Source: Eledone cirrhosa (taxonomy: Eukaryota). From it: DNA of 64,000 bases. The position numbers and the translations under genes were made by a program. Each line of letters begins with the position of its first letter. The stretch's first letter is position 1. The notes beneath the pieces are model-generated. The model searched no databases, was not told the DNA's origin, and worked only from the letters and a program-made list of their open reading frames with translations. The stretch covers positions 434,434,001 to 434,498,000 of the forward strand of contig OZ024740.1 of NCBI GenBank assembly GCA_964016885.1, given 5' to 3'. Below, in pieces: positions 1 through 12,140 of this stretch.

Positions 1-126
1 TGTAGAAAACCCGCCAGACAGTCCTATGCGACCAAGACAACCACTCTTGCCTCAAGTGGGAAAACCCCTGTCCAAACCCATGCAAGCGTGGAACACGGAC
101 GCTAAACCTGATGATGATGATGATGA
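1..126 (+). mobile_element. 3' end of RTE-B LINE 3' UTR / SINE-like module with (GAT)n tail
   Basis: Near-identical to 36180-36275 and to the reverse complement of 8288-8410; ends CATGCAAGCGTGGAACACGGACG + (TGA)n. Confidence 0.85.
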
Positions 127-290
127 TATATATACACATACATATATATATATATACACACATACATATATATATACACACATATATATATATATACACA
201 CACATACATATATATATACACACATATATATATATACACACACATATATATATATATATACACACATATATATATATATATATACACACA

Positions 291-324
<34 letters not shown>

Positions 325-342
325 CATATATATATACACACA

Positions 343-376
<34 letters not shown>

Positions 377-397
377 CATATATATATACACACATAC

Positions 398-428
<31 letters not shown>

Positions 429-603
429 CATATATATATACACACATACATATATACACACATACATATATATATATATACATATACACACATACATATA
501 TACATATATATATACACACATACATATATACATATATATATACACACATACATATATACATATATACACACATACATATACACATATATATATACACACA
601 TAC

Positions 604-634
<31 letters not shown>

Positions 635-660
635 CACACATACATATATATATATATATA
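127..660. repeat. (TA)n/(CA)n compound microsatellite
   Basis: Seen directly; source of the spurious YI/HT ORFs. Confidence 0.97.
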
Positions 661-712
661 TGATGGCTGCCCCCTCGTTATCGAGTATGGCCATTGCACA
701 AGAAAAAAAAAA

Positions 713-772
<60 letters not shown>

Positions 773-803
773 AAAAGAAAAGAAATATATATATATATAT
801 ATA

Positions 804-1159
804 TACAATATTAAATAAATGGAAACTATATTTATAAAACCATATTTATTTCATTATATATATTTCGGGGATATCATATTAACAATATGCTATGCCTTCC
901 TCAGACAAAATACAATATAAACAGTTTTATAGAATCTATTTATCTATAAAACTGTTTATATTGTATTTTGTCTGAGGAAGGCATAGCATATTGTTAATAT
1001 GATATCCCCGAAATATATATAATGAAATAAATATGGTTTTATAAATATAGTTTCCATTTATTTAATATTGTAAATATACTCCAAATATTTGTCGAGTGCT
1101 TTTATATCAGTTATAAATATTTACTAGTTGTAACCCAACAATTTTAAATATAACTTTCC

Positions 1160-1160
<1 letters not shown>
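804..1160 (+). mobile_element. Fold-back element 1: 130-bp perfect inverted repeat + unique tail, inserted in (TA)n; likely Penelope-type terminus
   Basis: 804-933 is the exact reverse complement of 943-1072, with a 9-nt spacer; (TA)n on both flanks; contains a hammerhead core. Confidence 0.75.
961..1025 (+). ncRNA. Hammerhead-ribozyme-like motif (mirror copy on the minus strand ~851-915)
   Basis: CTGAGGA at 972-978, long stem II (CATATT/AATATG), GAAA at 1010-1013, palindromic ATATAT stem III; stem I weak. Confidence 0.6.
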
Positions 1161-1206
<46 letters not shown>

Positions 1207-1386
1207 TATATACATACATACATACATATATACATACACACATACATACACATACACTCACACATATACACACACATACATTAATAACAATAATAATAAT
1301 AATAATAGCAATAATAATAATAACGACAACAACAATAATAATATACATATTCATATATATATACACACACACGCACGCACATAAGC

Positions 1387-1426
<40 letters not shown>

Positions 1427-1432
1427 TAGCAA

Positions 1433-4400
1433 CTAACAGTGCTGCGATCGAATGTGGCTTTTTAGCCCAGCCAATGATCTAAAATGTCTTGCACAGAGTC
1501 GGCAACCAAAACATTCACTGGGAATAGTCGGCTGTGGTTGGAGTTTGTGTACTTTTGCATGTCGCTTGAGCCCTCCTGCTGATTTACATTCTCTACCACA
1601 TGTTTGGCAAGCATGATGGGTAGCATCTCCAACTGCAGCCTGGTAGTCAACCACTGGTCTTACTTTATGACTGCGAAGATGACTTTCGAGTCCAGCTTTG
1701 CTTAGGCAGAGTCTCGCACAGACGCTGCATGTCAGCACCATAGGAGGACCCTCGCCGTCTGGAAGTGCAACAGCAATGCCCTTCCTCACGTCCCGCTTTA
1801 CATTCTCGTGTGCGATTCGAGATGCCTCAAAGGCAACTTTTCCCTCATATACAGTCTTTCTCCATTTATTACGATCAGCAGCAATATTTTCCCATGTATC
1901 AGTAGAGATGTTAGCGTCTTTCAGAGAGGCTTTCAAGGAATCCTTATACCTCTTTTTTGGTTTATGTGGCGGTCGTTTTCCTTTAACCAACTCTCCATAG
2001 AAGAGTTGTTTTGGTATTCTAGAATCCTTTATCCTGGCAAGGTGACCACTCCAACGGAGTCGTTGCTTAAGCACAAGAGCTTCTATACTGTCACACATAG
2101 AGCTTTCCAAAATCTCGACATCACTGATGTGGTCCCTCCAGTGAACGCCATGGATCCGTCTGAGACACATCTGATGGAAACGCTCCAATTGCTTAAGGTG
2201 GCGTCGATATGTCACCCAGGTCTCGCAGGCATAAAGAAGACAAGAGAGTACACATGCCCTGTACACCCTTACCTTTGTCCTCCTGCATATGTCTCGCCGA
2301 CCCCAGAGTCGCCTTTCTAGCTTTCCAAAAGCATCACTTGCTTTCGTAATCCTAAGTGAGATTTCACTGTCAAGGTTGCCGTATCGATTGACAGTGCTTC
2401 CCAGGTAGACAAACTGATCAACCACTCCAAGTCGTTTGCCATACACATAGATGTTTGGTTCAGTGTACTGCTTACTAGGGGTAGGTTGGTACATGACGAC
2501 GGTTTTCTTGAGACTGACAGTCAAACCCAGGGCAGTGCAAGCGTCAGAAAATGCATTCAAAATGTGCTGCATATCACTCTCTGTGTGCGCTACAAGATCG
2601 CAATCATCTGCATACAAGAGGTCTCTTATGACTGATGTAAATACTTTTGTCTTCGCAGCAAAGCGCCTGATGTTAAATATACTGCCTGAGGTTCGATATT
2701 GGATGTAAACACCATGCTCGCAATTCCTGAATGCAATACAGAAAACCATTGCAAAGTATATGGCAAACAGGGTCAGTGCTGGAATATCCCCCTGTTTCAC
2801 TCCATTTTTTACTGAGATAGGCTCCGACATGTTACCTCCGACATTAACCCAAGCCTTCATGTCGTCATGGAAAGACCTAACTAAAGCAAGGAACTTATCA
2901 GGGCAACCAAGTTTCTGGAGAACCTTCCATAATGCATCTCTGTTGACAGTGTCGAAAGCCTTTGTCAGATCGACAAAAACCTGATACAGATCCAAGCCCT
3001 GTTCAATGCACTTCTCCTGGAGCTGTCTAGCTGAGAAGATCATATCAGTAGTGCCGCGTCCAGCACGAAAACCAGATTGACTTTCAGGAAGGACACAATC
3101 TGCAATGTGTGTCAGCAGACGGTCCAGAAGCACCCTACATAAAACTTTCCCTACGACAGAAAGCAATGATATACCTATGTAGTTCCCACAATCATTCCTG
3201 TTACCCTTTCCCTTGTACAAGACCACCATTACTGCATCTCTCCAGTCCTCAGGCACGGATTCATTAGCCCATATCCTTCCAAACAGAGAGTGAAGATGTT
3301 GCAGGAGTCTCTCACCACCATATTGTAGGAGCTCAGCATGTATGCCATCCATACCTGGAGATCTTCCACTGTTCAGCTTCGAAATAGCCACTGCAACCTC
3401 CACAAGCGTCGGAGGTTCTGCGAGAGCTACTTTCACAGGACTTTCCGGAATGAGATTGAGGAAATCTTCACTGACGACAGACGGCTGATTCAAAAGATCA
3501 TCAAAGTGCTCTCGCCACCTTCGTAGAATTCCCTGTGAGTCACGAAGAAGTTCTTTGCCATCCCTGCTGCGAATCGGTGTCACCAGAGAAGAAGACGGTC
3601 CATAAACCTCACGCAAGAGACTGTACAACAGCTTTGTGTTATTGCAATCAGACGCAGTTTGTATCTCACCAGCCTTCTCACTCCACCACTGATCCTTCAT
3701 CTGAGAAAGACTCCGCCTAACACGTGATTTTACATCCCTGAGCTCCTCATGCAACGTATTCCTCTCCTGTGGTTTTGCCGTCAAGTAGCGTGACAGAGCA
3801 CGCCTCTTATCAGCCAACAAGTCTTCTATATGTACATCATTCTCATTAAACCAGTCCTGATGTTTTCTCTGCACCAATCCCAGAACACGTCTGCCTACAT
3901 CATAAACCGACTTTTTAAGGGTCGGCCAATCCTCACCAAGATCTGCAGCCTGCATCTCTTCTTCCAATGTCCTCTTCACATTTTTATCCTTAAGACGAGC
4001 AGCATTCAATCTTTTGGACAGGGTAACACCTGGAGCCCGGATTTTACGTTTGGTGATTAGATTCACCTTTGCGCGTACCAGGCGGTGGTCCGTCCAGCAC
4101 TCAGCTCCACGAAGAACACGAACACACTGCACATCCTGTCTGTCACGCATCCTGACTAGGACGTAGTCTAAAAGATGCCATTCCTTAGATGCAGGATGCA
4201 TCCATGTGGTCTTGAATTTGTTCTTTTGTTGGAACATGGTGTTGGTAACACACAGATCCAGCTCCTCACACATCTGCAGCAAGAGCATACCATTGCTGTT
4301 ACACTTTCCCACCCCATGCCTTCCGATTACGTTCCATGTGTTAAAATCCCTACCCACTCTAGCATTAAAGTCACCAAGCACGATGACTTTGTCTGCCTGA

Positions 4401-4978
4401 GGGATATTTCTTAGAACACCTTTCAAGGCATGGTAAAAGGACAGTTTTTCTTCATCGACAGAATTCATAGTTGGAGCATACACACTCACCAGGGTAGCAT
4501 ATCTTCCCTTGTCCAGCGGAACTCTCATGGACATAAGACGCTCACTAATCCCTACTGGGAATTCTTCTAATTTATTCACAAGCACAGTCTTAACAGCAAA
4601 TGCTACCTCAGCCTCTCTTCTGGTTCCTTCATCTCTTCCTTTCCAGAAGAATGTATATTCTCCACAAAATTCCGTAAGATGACCATCTCCAGCTAACCTC
4701 GTCTCAGATAAAGCCACGATGTCAAGATCGTAACGTCGAAGCTCCTTTGCAACAAGAGCGGTCCTTCGTTCAGGACGCTCCAAAGAATCCCTGTCAAGCA
4801 GCGTCCGTACGTTCCAGCAGCCAAGACTAAATGCCCTGTTTGGCTCTATTACAATGGCACGATGACGGGCGGGCCCAGGTTGTGATAACTTGGGGCCCCT
4901 GCCCTTATTGCCAATGATATTTTTTGTTCCAGAACCCAAATGGGCAATTATCTCGTTTACATTGTTCTGGAACATCAT
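1433..4978 (-). CDS. RTE LINE polyprotein: APE endonuclease + reverse transcriptase + three C-terminal C2H2 fingers (1181 aa, uninterrupted)
   Basis: APE motifs WNVRTL, LSETR, VYAPT, GDFNARVG, LLDYVLV, TDHRLV; RT motifs QSGFR, FVDLTKAFDTV, GVKQGD, LLYADD; RTE C-terminus LRWSGHLARI..SRIPKQLFYGEL; three CxxC-x12-HxxxH-type fingers. Confidence 0.95.
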   Translation of the reverse strand: MMFQNNVNEIIAHLGSGTKNIIGNKGRGPKLSQPGPARHRAIVIEPNRAFSLGCWNVRTLLDRDSLERPERRTALVAKELRRYDLDIVALSETRLAGDGHLTEFCGEYTFFWKGRDEGTRREAEVAFAVKTVLVNKLEEFPVGISERLMSMRVPLDKGRYATLVSVYAPTMNSVDEEKLSFYHALKGVLRNIPQADKVIVLGDFNARVGRDFNTWNVIGRHGVGKCNSNGMLLLQMCEELDLCVTNTMFQQKNKFKTTWMHPASKEWHLLDYVLVRMRDRQDVQCVRVLRGAECWTDHRLVRAKVNLITKRKIRAPGVTLSKRLNAARLKDKNVKRTLEEEMQAADLGEDWPTLKKSVYDVGRRVLGLVQRKHQDWFNENDVHIEDLLADKRRALSRYLTAKPQERNTLHEELRDVKSRVRRSLSQMKDQWWSEKAGEIQTASDCNNTKLLYSLLREVYGPSSSLVTPIRSRDGKELLRDSQGILRRWREHFDDLLNQPSVVSEDFLNLIPESPVKVALAEPPTLVEVAVAISKLNSGRSPGMDGIHAELLQYGGERLLQHLHSLFGRIWANESVPEDWRDAVMVVLYKGKGNRNDCGNYIGISLLSVVGKVLCRVLLDRLLTHIADCVLPESQSGFRAGRGTTDMIFSARQLQEKCIEQGLDLYQVFVDLTKAFDTVNRDALWKVLQKLGCPDKFLALVRSFHDDMKAWVNVGGNMSEPISVKNGVKQGDIPALTLFAIYFAMVFCIAFRNCEHGVYIQYRTSGSIFNIRRFAAKTKVFTSVIRDLLYADDCDLVAHTESDMQHILNAFSDACTALGLTVSLKKTVVMYQPTPSKQYTEPNIYVYGKRLGVVDQFVYLGSTVNRYGNLDSEISLRITKASDAFGKLERRLWGRRDICRRTKVRVYRACVLSCLLYACETWVTYRRHLKQLERFHQMCLRRIHGVHWRDHISDVEILESSMCDSIEALVLKQRLRWSGHLARIKDSRIPKQLFYGELVKGKRPPHKPKKRYKDSLKASLKDANISTDTWENIAADRNKWRKTVYEGKVAFEASRIAHENVKRDVRKGIAVALPDGEGPPMVLTCSVCARLCLSKAGLESHLRSHKVRPVVDYQAAVGDATHHACQTCGRECKSAGGLKRHAKVHKLQPQPTIPSECFGCRLCARHFRSLAGLKSHIRSQHC

Positions 4979-5519
4979 TGAATTGGGGGAAAAAAAAAAA
5001 AAAAAAAAAAAAAGTAATAATAATAGTAATAATAATAATAATAATAATAATAGTACACTATTAATAATTATTAATGCACTCGTGCAATGCCTGTGCGTGA
5101 CGAATATTTTTAAAGTGAGGAAAGACTGTGCACTGAGCCAATCCCACTCTCTGAGCGACAGTAGCTATAACCCGAAAAGAAGAAAAGATCAACATCATCG
5201 GTAACTACTGAGCCGCAGGTTTTATGTCGGAGTTAACCCAGTTTCCTGAGATGCCTTCTCCTAGAAGAATACCCTGACAAGGGCTAGGGGTTCTTCACTC
5301 CCAGTGGTTTAACTGCGCGATCGGGCATCCAGCCCGATTATTTCTATGTCCCCGCGCGCAAAAAAAGAAAAAAAAAAATCACTTATTGACACTTATACGT
5401 ACGACATACACACACACGCATACATATGCGCGCACACAGCAACACTCATACATACAACAAACACACACACACGCTACTCTACTCACACGCACACAGCAAC
5501 ACTCATACATACAACAAAA

Positions 5520-5574
<55 letters not shown>

Positions 5575-5628
5575 CATATATACACATACATATATATATA
5601 TATATATACATATATATATACACACATA

Positions 5629-6212
5629 CATCATCATCAACGTTTAACGTCCGTGTTCCACGCTTGCATGGGTTTGGACGGGGGTAGTCCCACTTGAGGC
5701 AAGAGTGATTGTCTTGCTCGCATAGGACTGTCTGGCAGGTTTTCTACAGTTGGATGCCCTTCCTAACACCAACCACATTTACAGTGTGGGGCTGGGAGGT
5801 TTTTACCCTGTTGCCTACACGGCCACATTACAGCGTGGACTGTGTGTTTTTTTGTCGTGACACCTACACGATCTCATTTGTTTCGGCCTGGATGGTGTGG
5901 CACCAACATAACTTTACATAGAACGGGGTGGTGTGGGTGGGGTGGGGTGGTGGGACGGGGGGGGGGGGGTATTTTGTTAGAGATGCCTACTGGCTGTAGT
6001 AGGTTTTACTATGTATTTAGGTAAGGCGGGTCTTCTCTGTTACTGAGTACCGCCAAAGGTCTCGGTCCAGTGACATTGTCTTGGAGAGGTGTAAGTGTGT
6101 GAGGTCTGAGTTTATCAGCTCGTCCCAGGTTTTTCTAGGTCTGCCTATTCCGTGGCTACCGTCTATCTTTATTGCCCTGCACTTTGTTATACAGCTATCG
6201 ACTTTCATGCGC
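5629..6212 (-). mobile_element. RTE-B LINE, 5'-truncated 3' fragment with SINE-like 3' UTR and (GAT)n tail
   Basis: Encodes MRMKVDSCITKC...GRPRKTWDELINSDL...EKTRLT; colinear with 8288-8855. Confidence 0.9.
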
Positions 6213-6270
6213 ATATATATATATATATATATATATACATACATACACACACATAGATATATAGATATAT

Positions 6271-6301
<31 letters not shown>

Positions 6302-6312
6302 CAAACATACAT

Positions 6313-7850
6313 ATCATCATCATCATCATTTTACGTCCGCTTTTCCCTGCTTGCAAGGGTGGGACGGGTCTTATTCAGCACAGCATCTCTCCACTCGTCA
6401 CGGTCCCTCGTCATCTCCACCGTGAGCTTCAATGATCTGAGGTCTGTTCTCACCACCTCCGCCCATGTTTTTCGTGGTCTACCTCTACCACGTCTTCCTT
6501 CAACTGGCATTTCCTGGCACTTCTTCACCCATCGGTCATCCTCCATGCGCATCACATGTCCATACCACCTCAGTCTCCTCTCCCGTACACTACATTCTAT
6601 CCCTCTCAGACACAGTTTCTCTCTCAACACATTTATGCTGGGTCGTTCACGCACATTTACACTGCACATCCAACGGAGCATGCTTGCCTCATTTCTCTCC
6701 AGCCGTCGCATATCCTCTGCAGTTGCTGCCCATGTCTCACTACCATGCAGCATCGCGCTCCTCTCACAGGCATCATACAACCGGCCTTTCGTACGCAGGG
6801 AGAAACCCTTCTTCGTCAACAGAGGAAGCAGCTCCCTAAACTTCTTCCAACCCGTCCTTATTCTAGATACTATGGCCTCGGAACACCCTCCTCCCATGCT
6901 AATCTGATCTCCTAGGTACCGGAAGCTATCCACCACTTCTATAGCGCCCTCTTGCATTTGAAAAATGTGTCTATGAGTGCGACTTCTACTGTCTAATTTC
7001 CCTGTACATCTACTGCATACATATTTCTCCCTACCTGTTAGTTTGCCTGCTATCCCGCTACATCTCTTGTGTACCCAGGATCTGCATTGTGTGCATTTTA
7101 TAGAATTTATGCCAGTTCCTTTTCTGCATATCAAACATGGCCATTTCCCTGACGGAATCAGGGTTTTGTCCTCTTTTCTACTCATCAACACTTTTGTCTT
7201 AGCTAGATTCACTCTCAGTCCTCTTGCTTCCAACTGCTGTTTCCATAGCCAGAATTTATTCTCTAGCTCCTCTACTGATTCTGCTATAAGAACCAGATCG
7301 TCAGCATAGAGAAGTTCCCATGGACAGCCAGTCTTAAACTCCTGTTATGGCTTGGAGGACTATAATGAACAAGAGCGGGTTGAGGACCGAACCCTGATGT
7401 ACTCCTACTTTTATCTGGAATTCCTCACTAAACTCCATTCCTACCCTGACTTTACTGAGAGTACCTCTGTACAAAGTTTGCACTGTCCTCACAAGCCATT
7501 CCTCAACACCTAACTTCCTTAGGGATCACCAGATGACAGATCGGGGTACCCTATCAAAGGCCTTCTCTAGGTCAACAAAGGCTAAGTATAGTGGCTTATT
7601 CTTCTCTAAGAACCTCTCTTGCATTTGTCTCACCAAGAAGAGGGCATCTGTTGTACTCTTTCCAGGCACAAAACCAAACTGCATCTCATCTAGTTTGACC
7701 CTTTCTCTAATTAGTTGTGCTAAAATCCTTTCTGCCACTTTCATAACCTGATCTATCAGTTTTATACCCCTATAATTGCTCCTCTCCAGAGCATCCCCTT
7801 TACCTTTGTAGCAATTGTAGCAATTTATGAGAAAGCATCCCCTTTACCTT
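6313..7850 (-). pseudogene. RTE-C LINE, 5'-truncated and frameshifted RT; 3' end matches the SINE-1 tail
   Basis: QFGFVPGKSTTDA, AFVDLEKAFDRV, YADD (~7298-7309), PHD-like finger, RGRGRPRKTW...KTRPTLASREKRT* followed by (GAT)n. Confidence 0.92.
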
Positions 7851-7900
7851 ATATATATATATATACACATACATATATATACATACATATATACATACAC

Positions 7901-7971
<71 letters not shown>

Positions 7972-7978
7972 CATATAT

Positions 7979-8083
<105 letters not shown>

Positions 8084-8108
8084 CACACACACACACATAT
8101 ATATATAT

Positions 8109-8139
<31 letters not shown>

Positions 8140-8189
8140 CACACACACATACATATATATATATATACACACACACACATATATATACA

Positions 8190-10173
8190 TGATGGCTGCC
8201 CCCTCGTTATCGAGTATGGCCATTGCACGAGAAGAAAAAAAAAATAATAATAAATAAATTTTAAAAAAAATATATATATATATATATCATCATCATCAAC
8301 GTTTAACGTCCGTGTTCCACGCTTGCATGGGTTTGGACGGGGGTTTTCCCACTTGAGGCAAGAGTGATTGTCTTGCTCGCATAGGACTGTCTGGCAGGTT
8401 TTCTACAGTTGGATGCCCTTCCTAACACCAACCACATTTACAGTGTGGGGCTGGGAGGTTTTTACCGTGTTGCCTACACGGCCACATTACAGCATGGACT
8501 GTGTGTTTTTTTGTCGTGACACCTACACGATCTCATTTGTTTCGGCCTGGATGGTGTGGCACCAACATAACTTTATATAGAAGGGGGCGGTGTGGATGGG
8601 GGGGGGGGGTGTATTTTGTTAGAGATGCCTACTGACTGTAGTAGGTTTTACTTTGTATTTAGGTAAGGCGGGTCTTCTCTATTACTGAGTACCGCCAAAG
8701 GTCTCGGTCCAGTGACATTGTCTTGGTGAGGTGTAAGTGTGTGAGGTCGGAGTTTATCAGCTCGTCCCAGGTTTTTCTGGGTCTGCCTATTCCGTGGCTA
8801 CCGTCTATCTTTATTGCCCTGCACTTTGTTATACAGCTATCGTCCTTCATGCGCATCACGTGACCATACCAACGTAGCCTTCTCTCGAGTAAACAACATC
8901 TGATCCGTCTTATTTCTAATTTTTTCCTTAGTTCGATTATGTTTTGTCGTTCACGTATATTACTATTACACATCCAGCGGAGCATGCAAGCTTCGTTTCT
9001 CTCTAGTCTGCGTATATCTTCTGCACACAATGCCCAGGTCTCACTGCCATGCAACATTGCTGTTCGTATGCAGGCATCGTACACCCTGCCTTTCATTTTT
9101 AGGGAGAACCCTTTAGCGGCTAATAGTGGTATAAGCTCTCTGAACTTTTTCCACCCAGTTCTGACTCTAGCTACTGTACTTTCAGAGCACCCTCCCGCAC
9201 TGCTGATTTTGTCACCCAGGTAACGGAAGCTGTCCACTATTTGTATAGAACCCTCTCCGCAGTTGAAAGAGCTAGTATTTTGTGGGCACTTGCTGCTACT
9301 TATTGCACCAGAACACCGGCCACATGTAAAATCTATGTTCTTAGTTAGCTTACCTGTGATCCCACTACATCTTTTATGCACCCAAACTTTGCATTTGGGA
9401 CACAAAATGGAGTTTCTACCTACGCCTTTCCTACACTCTGCGCATGGCCACTTCCCGGAGGGGACCGCCGCCTTATTTTCTTTCTTACAAACTAGAACTT
9501 TAGTCTTAGCCAGGTTAATTTTAAGGCCTTTTGATTCTAGACCGTGCTTCCATGTTTGGAATTTCTTCTCTAGCTCGGCCATTGATTCAGCTATGAGCAT
9601 TAGATCATCTGCGTATAGGAGTTCCCATGGGCAGCCGGTCTTGAACTCCACTGTTATAGCCTGGAGGGCAATAATAAATAGTAGGGGGCTAAGAACAGAG
9701 CCCTGATGACCACCAACTTTTACACTAAACTCTTCACTATATTCGTTGTTAATTCTAACCTTGCTGACTGTTTCTTTATACATGGCTTGTATAGCTCTCA
9801 CAAGCCATTCATCAACACCTAGTTTTCTAAGAGCCCACCAGATAATGGAACGGGGGACTCTGTCGAAGGCCTTCTCCAAGTCGACGAAAGCTAAGTATAG
9901 GGGTTTACTTTTAGCTAGGTACTTCTCCTGTAGTTGTCGTACAATGAAAAGAGCGTCTGTGGTACTTTTTCCTGACACAAACCCGAACTGCATTTCATCT
10001 AGATCAATTCGCTCTCTGATTAGTTGCGCTATTACTTTTTCCGTGACCTTCATGACCTGGTCGATTAATTTAATGCCTCTATAGTTACTCCTATCTAGGG
10101 TATCTCCTTTACCCTTATAACAGTTAACGATGATGCTGCTACGCCAGTCCTTCGGAACAACCCCATTCTGTAT

Positions 10174-10210
<37 letters not shown>

Positions 10211-11005
10211 CATACATATATACATACACACATACATACACACACACATATACACACATACATTAATAACAATAATAATAATAATAATAATAGCAATAAT
10301 AATAATAACGACAACAACAATAATAATATACATACTCATATATATACACACACGCACGCACGCACATAAGCATATCTACACACAGACACACACACACGAT
10401 AGCAACTAACAGCGCTGCGATCGAATGTGGCTTTTTAGCCCAGCCAATGATCTAAAATGTCTTGCACAGCGTCAGCAACCAAAACATCCACTGGGAATAG
10501 TCGGCTGTGGTTGGAGTTCGTGTACTCTTGCATGTCGCTTGAGCCCTCCTGCTGATTTACATTCTCTACCACATGTTTGGCAAGCATGATGAGTAGCATC
10601 TCCAACTGCAGCCTGGTAGTCAACCACTGGTCTTACTTTATGACTGCGAAGATGACTTTCGAGTCCAGCTTTGCTTAGGCAGAGTCTCGCACAGACGCTG
10701 CATGTCAGCACCATAGGAGGACCCTCGCTGTCTGGAAGTGCAACAGCAATGCCCTTCCTCACATCCCGCTTTACTTTCTCGTGTGCGATTCGAGATGCCT
10801 CAAAGGCAACTTTTCCCTCATATCCAGTCTTTCTCCATTTATTACGATCAGCAGCAATATTCTCCCATGTATCAGCAGAGATGTTAGCGTCTTTCAGAGA
10901 GGCTTTCAATGAATCCTTATACCTCTTTTTTGGTTTATGTAGCGGTCGTTTTCCTTTAACCAACTCTCCATAGAAGAGTTGTTTTGGTATTCTAGAATCC
11001 TTCAT
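8190..11005 (-). mobile_element. RTE family A, copy 2: 5'-truncated (coding remnant 10406-11005), 3' UTR interrupted by RTE-B
   Basis: 10395-11003 is near-identical to 1425-2030; shares the microsatellite UTR and the terminal hairpin (8190-8230). Confidence 0.8.
8288..10178 (-). mobile_element. RTE-B LINE, 5'-truncated (open RT frame 8659-10178) with ~370-bp SINE-like 3' UTR
   Basis: NYRGIKL, QFGF, FVDLEKAFDRV, HQGSVLSPLLF, LYADD, KWPCAECRKGVG..CPKCKVWVHKRC..CGRC finger. Confidence 0.93.
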
Positions 11006-11108
11006 ATATATACATACATATATATATACACACATACATATATATATACATACATACATATATATACACATACATATATATATACACATACATATATATA
11101 CATACATA

Positions 11109-11431
11109 TGGAGGCACATGGCTTAGTGGTTAGAGCATTGGCCTTGCAATCGAAAGGTTGTGACTTCAATTCTCAGACCGGGTAATGTGTTGTTTCCTTG
11201 AGCAAGACACTTTATTTCACATTGCTCCAGTTTACTCAGCTGTAGAAATGAGATGATAGGGACTGGGGTCCCTATCATTCCACTGCAAAGTGGTCGTGGA
11301 GGTGCCACGGAAAAAAGCACCCAGCACTCACTGTAAATGAGGTTGGTGTTAGGAAGGGCATCCAGCTGTAGAAATCAAGCCAAAATCAGTTCCCGTCCCA
11401 CCCTTGCAAGCAGGGAAAAGTGGACATAAAA
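11109..11431 (+). mobile_element. tRNA-derived SINE family 1, full length
   Basis: A-box TGGCTTAGTGG, B-box-like CTTCAATTC, CORE-like CCTTGAGCAAGACACTT body, tail matching the RTE-C 3' end. Confidence 0.9.
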
Positions 11432-12100
11432 TAGCAAAAGTAGAGTTGAGATGGAGGGTCTGGTTTTTCTCAGGTTGTTTTTTCATATATGAGTGAAGTT
11501 TGGTTGGTTGATGTAGTCACGTGAATAAGCACATCAGCTTTCACGCCAGTTTGTTTGAATTTCTTTTTACTTTAAAAAAGGGGCTCACAAAGGCTTTTTT
11601 TTATAAATGTAATTTGATTGGTTATAAATGAAATTATGGCTGTCACTTGAACAAGTTCATTAAATTTCGCACCCGTATTTGGGAATTTATTTTGTAGCCT
11701 TTTAGAGAATTTTATGACAGACAAAAATGGTCAAGAGAAATGGGATGGGGAGAATTGTTCTGGTTCAGTGAATATGGCTGGTTTGCTGGGGGTGTCAGGA
11801 TTCAGACTTTCTATTGAAATAAAGAAAGTAGAGATATGTGTGCTTGTGTGTGTATAGGAAGATGATTCTATTAGTAGAAATGGGGGAGGGAGTTGTGTGT
11901 ATATGGGTGTTATGTGTGTGGAAGTATGTTAAGATGGAGAGAATATATATATATTTTGTGTGTGTGTATGTGTGTAGGAAAATGATTCTATTAGTAGAAA
12001 TGGGGGAGGGAGTTGTGTGTGTGTGGGGTGTGTGTTATATGTATGTGTATGGGTGTGTGTGTGGGAGTATGGTTAGCATGTTAAGATGAAGAGAATATAT

Positions 12101-12140
<40 letters not shown>

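Larger units (their letters stand above)
661..5360 (-). mobile_element. RTE-clade LINE family A, copy 1, near full length: 5' leader ~5360-4980, ORF, microsatellite-rich 3' UTR, terminal hairpin 661-700
   Basis: ORF below. The 3' UTR blocks 1200-1432 and 661-790 recur in the same order downstream of copy 2 (10180-10405, 8190-8285). Confidence 0.8.

Noticed and set aside
10130-10320. Leu-rich N-terminus of the 553-aa ORF as a signal or TM segment
   Set aside because: It is translated (ATT)n microsatellite; the RT frame starts at the insertion junction near 10178.
11109-11180. Possible tRNA gene
   Set aside because: A/B boxes run into a SINE body and no proper acceptor stem is evident.
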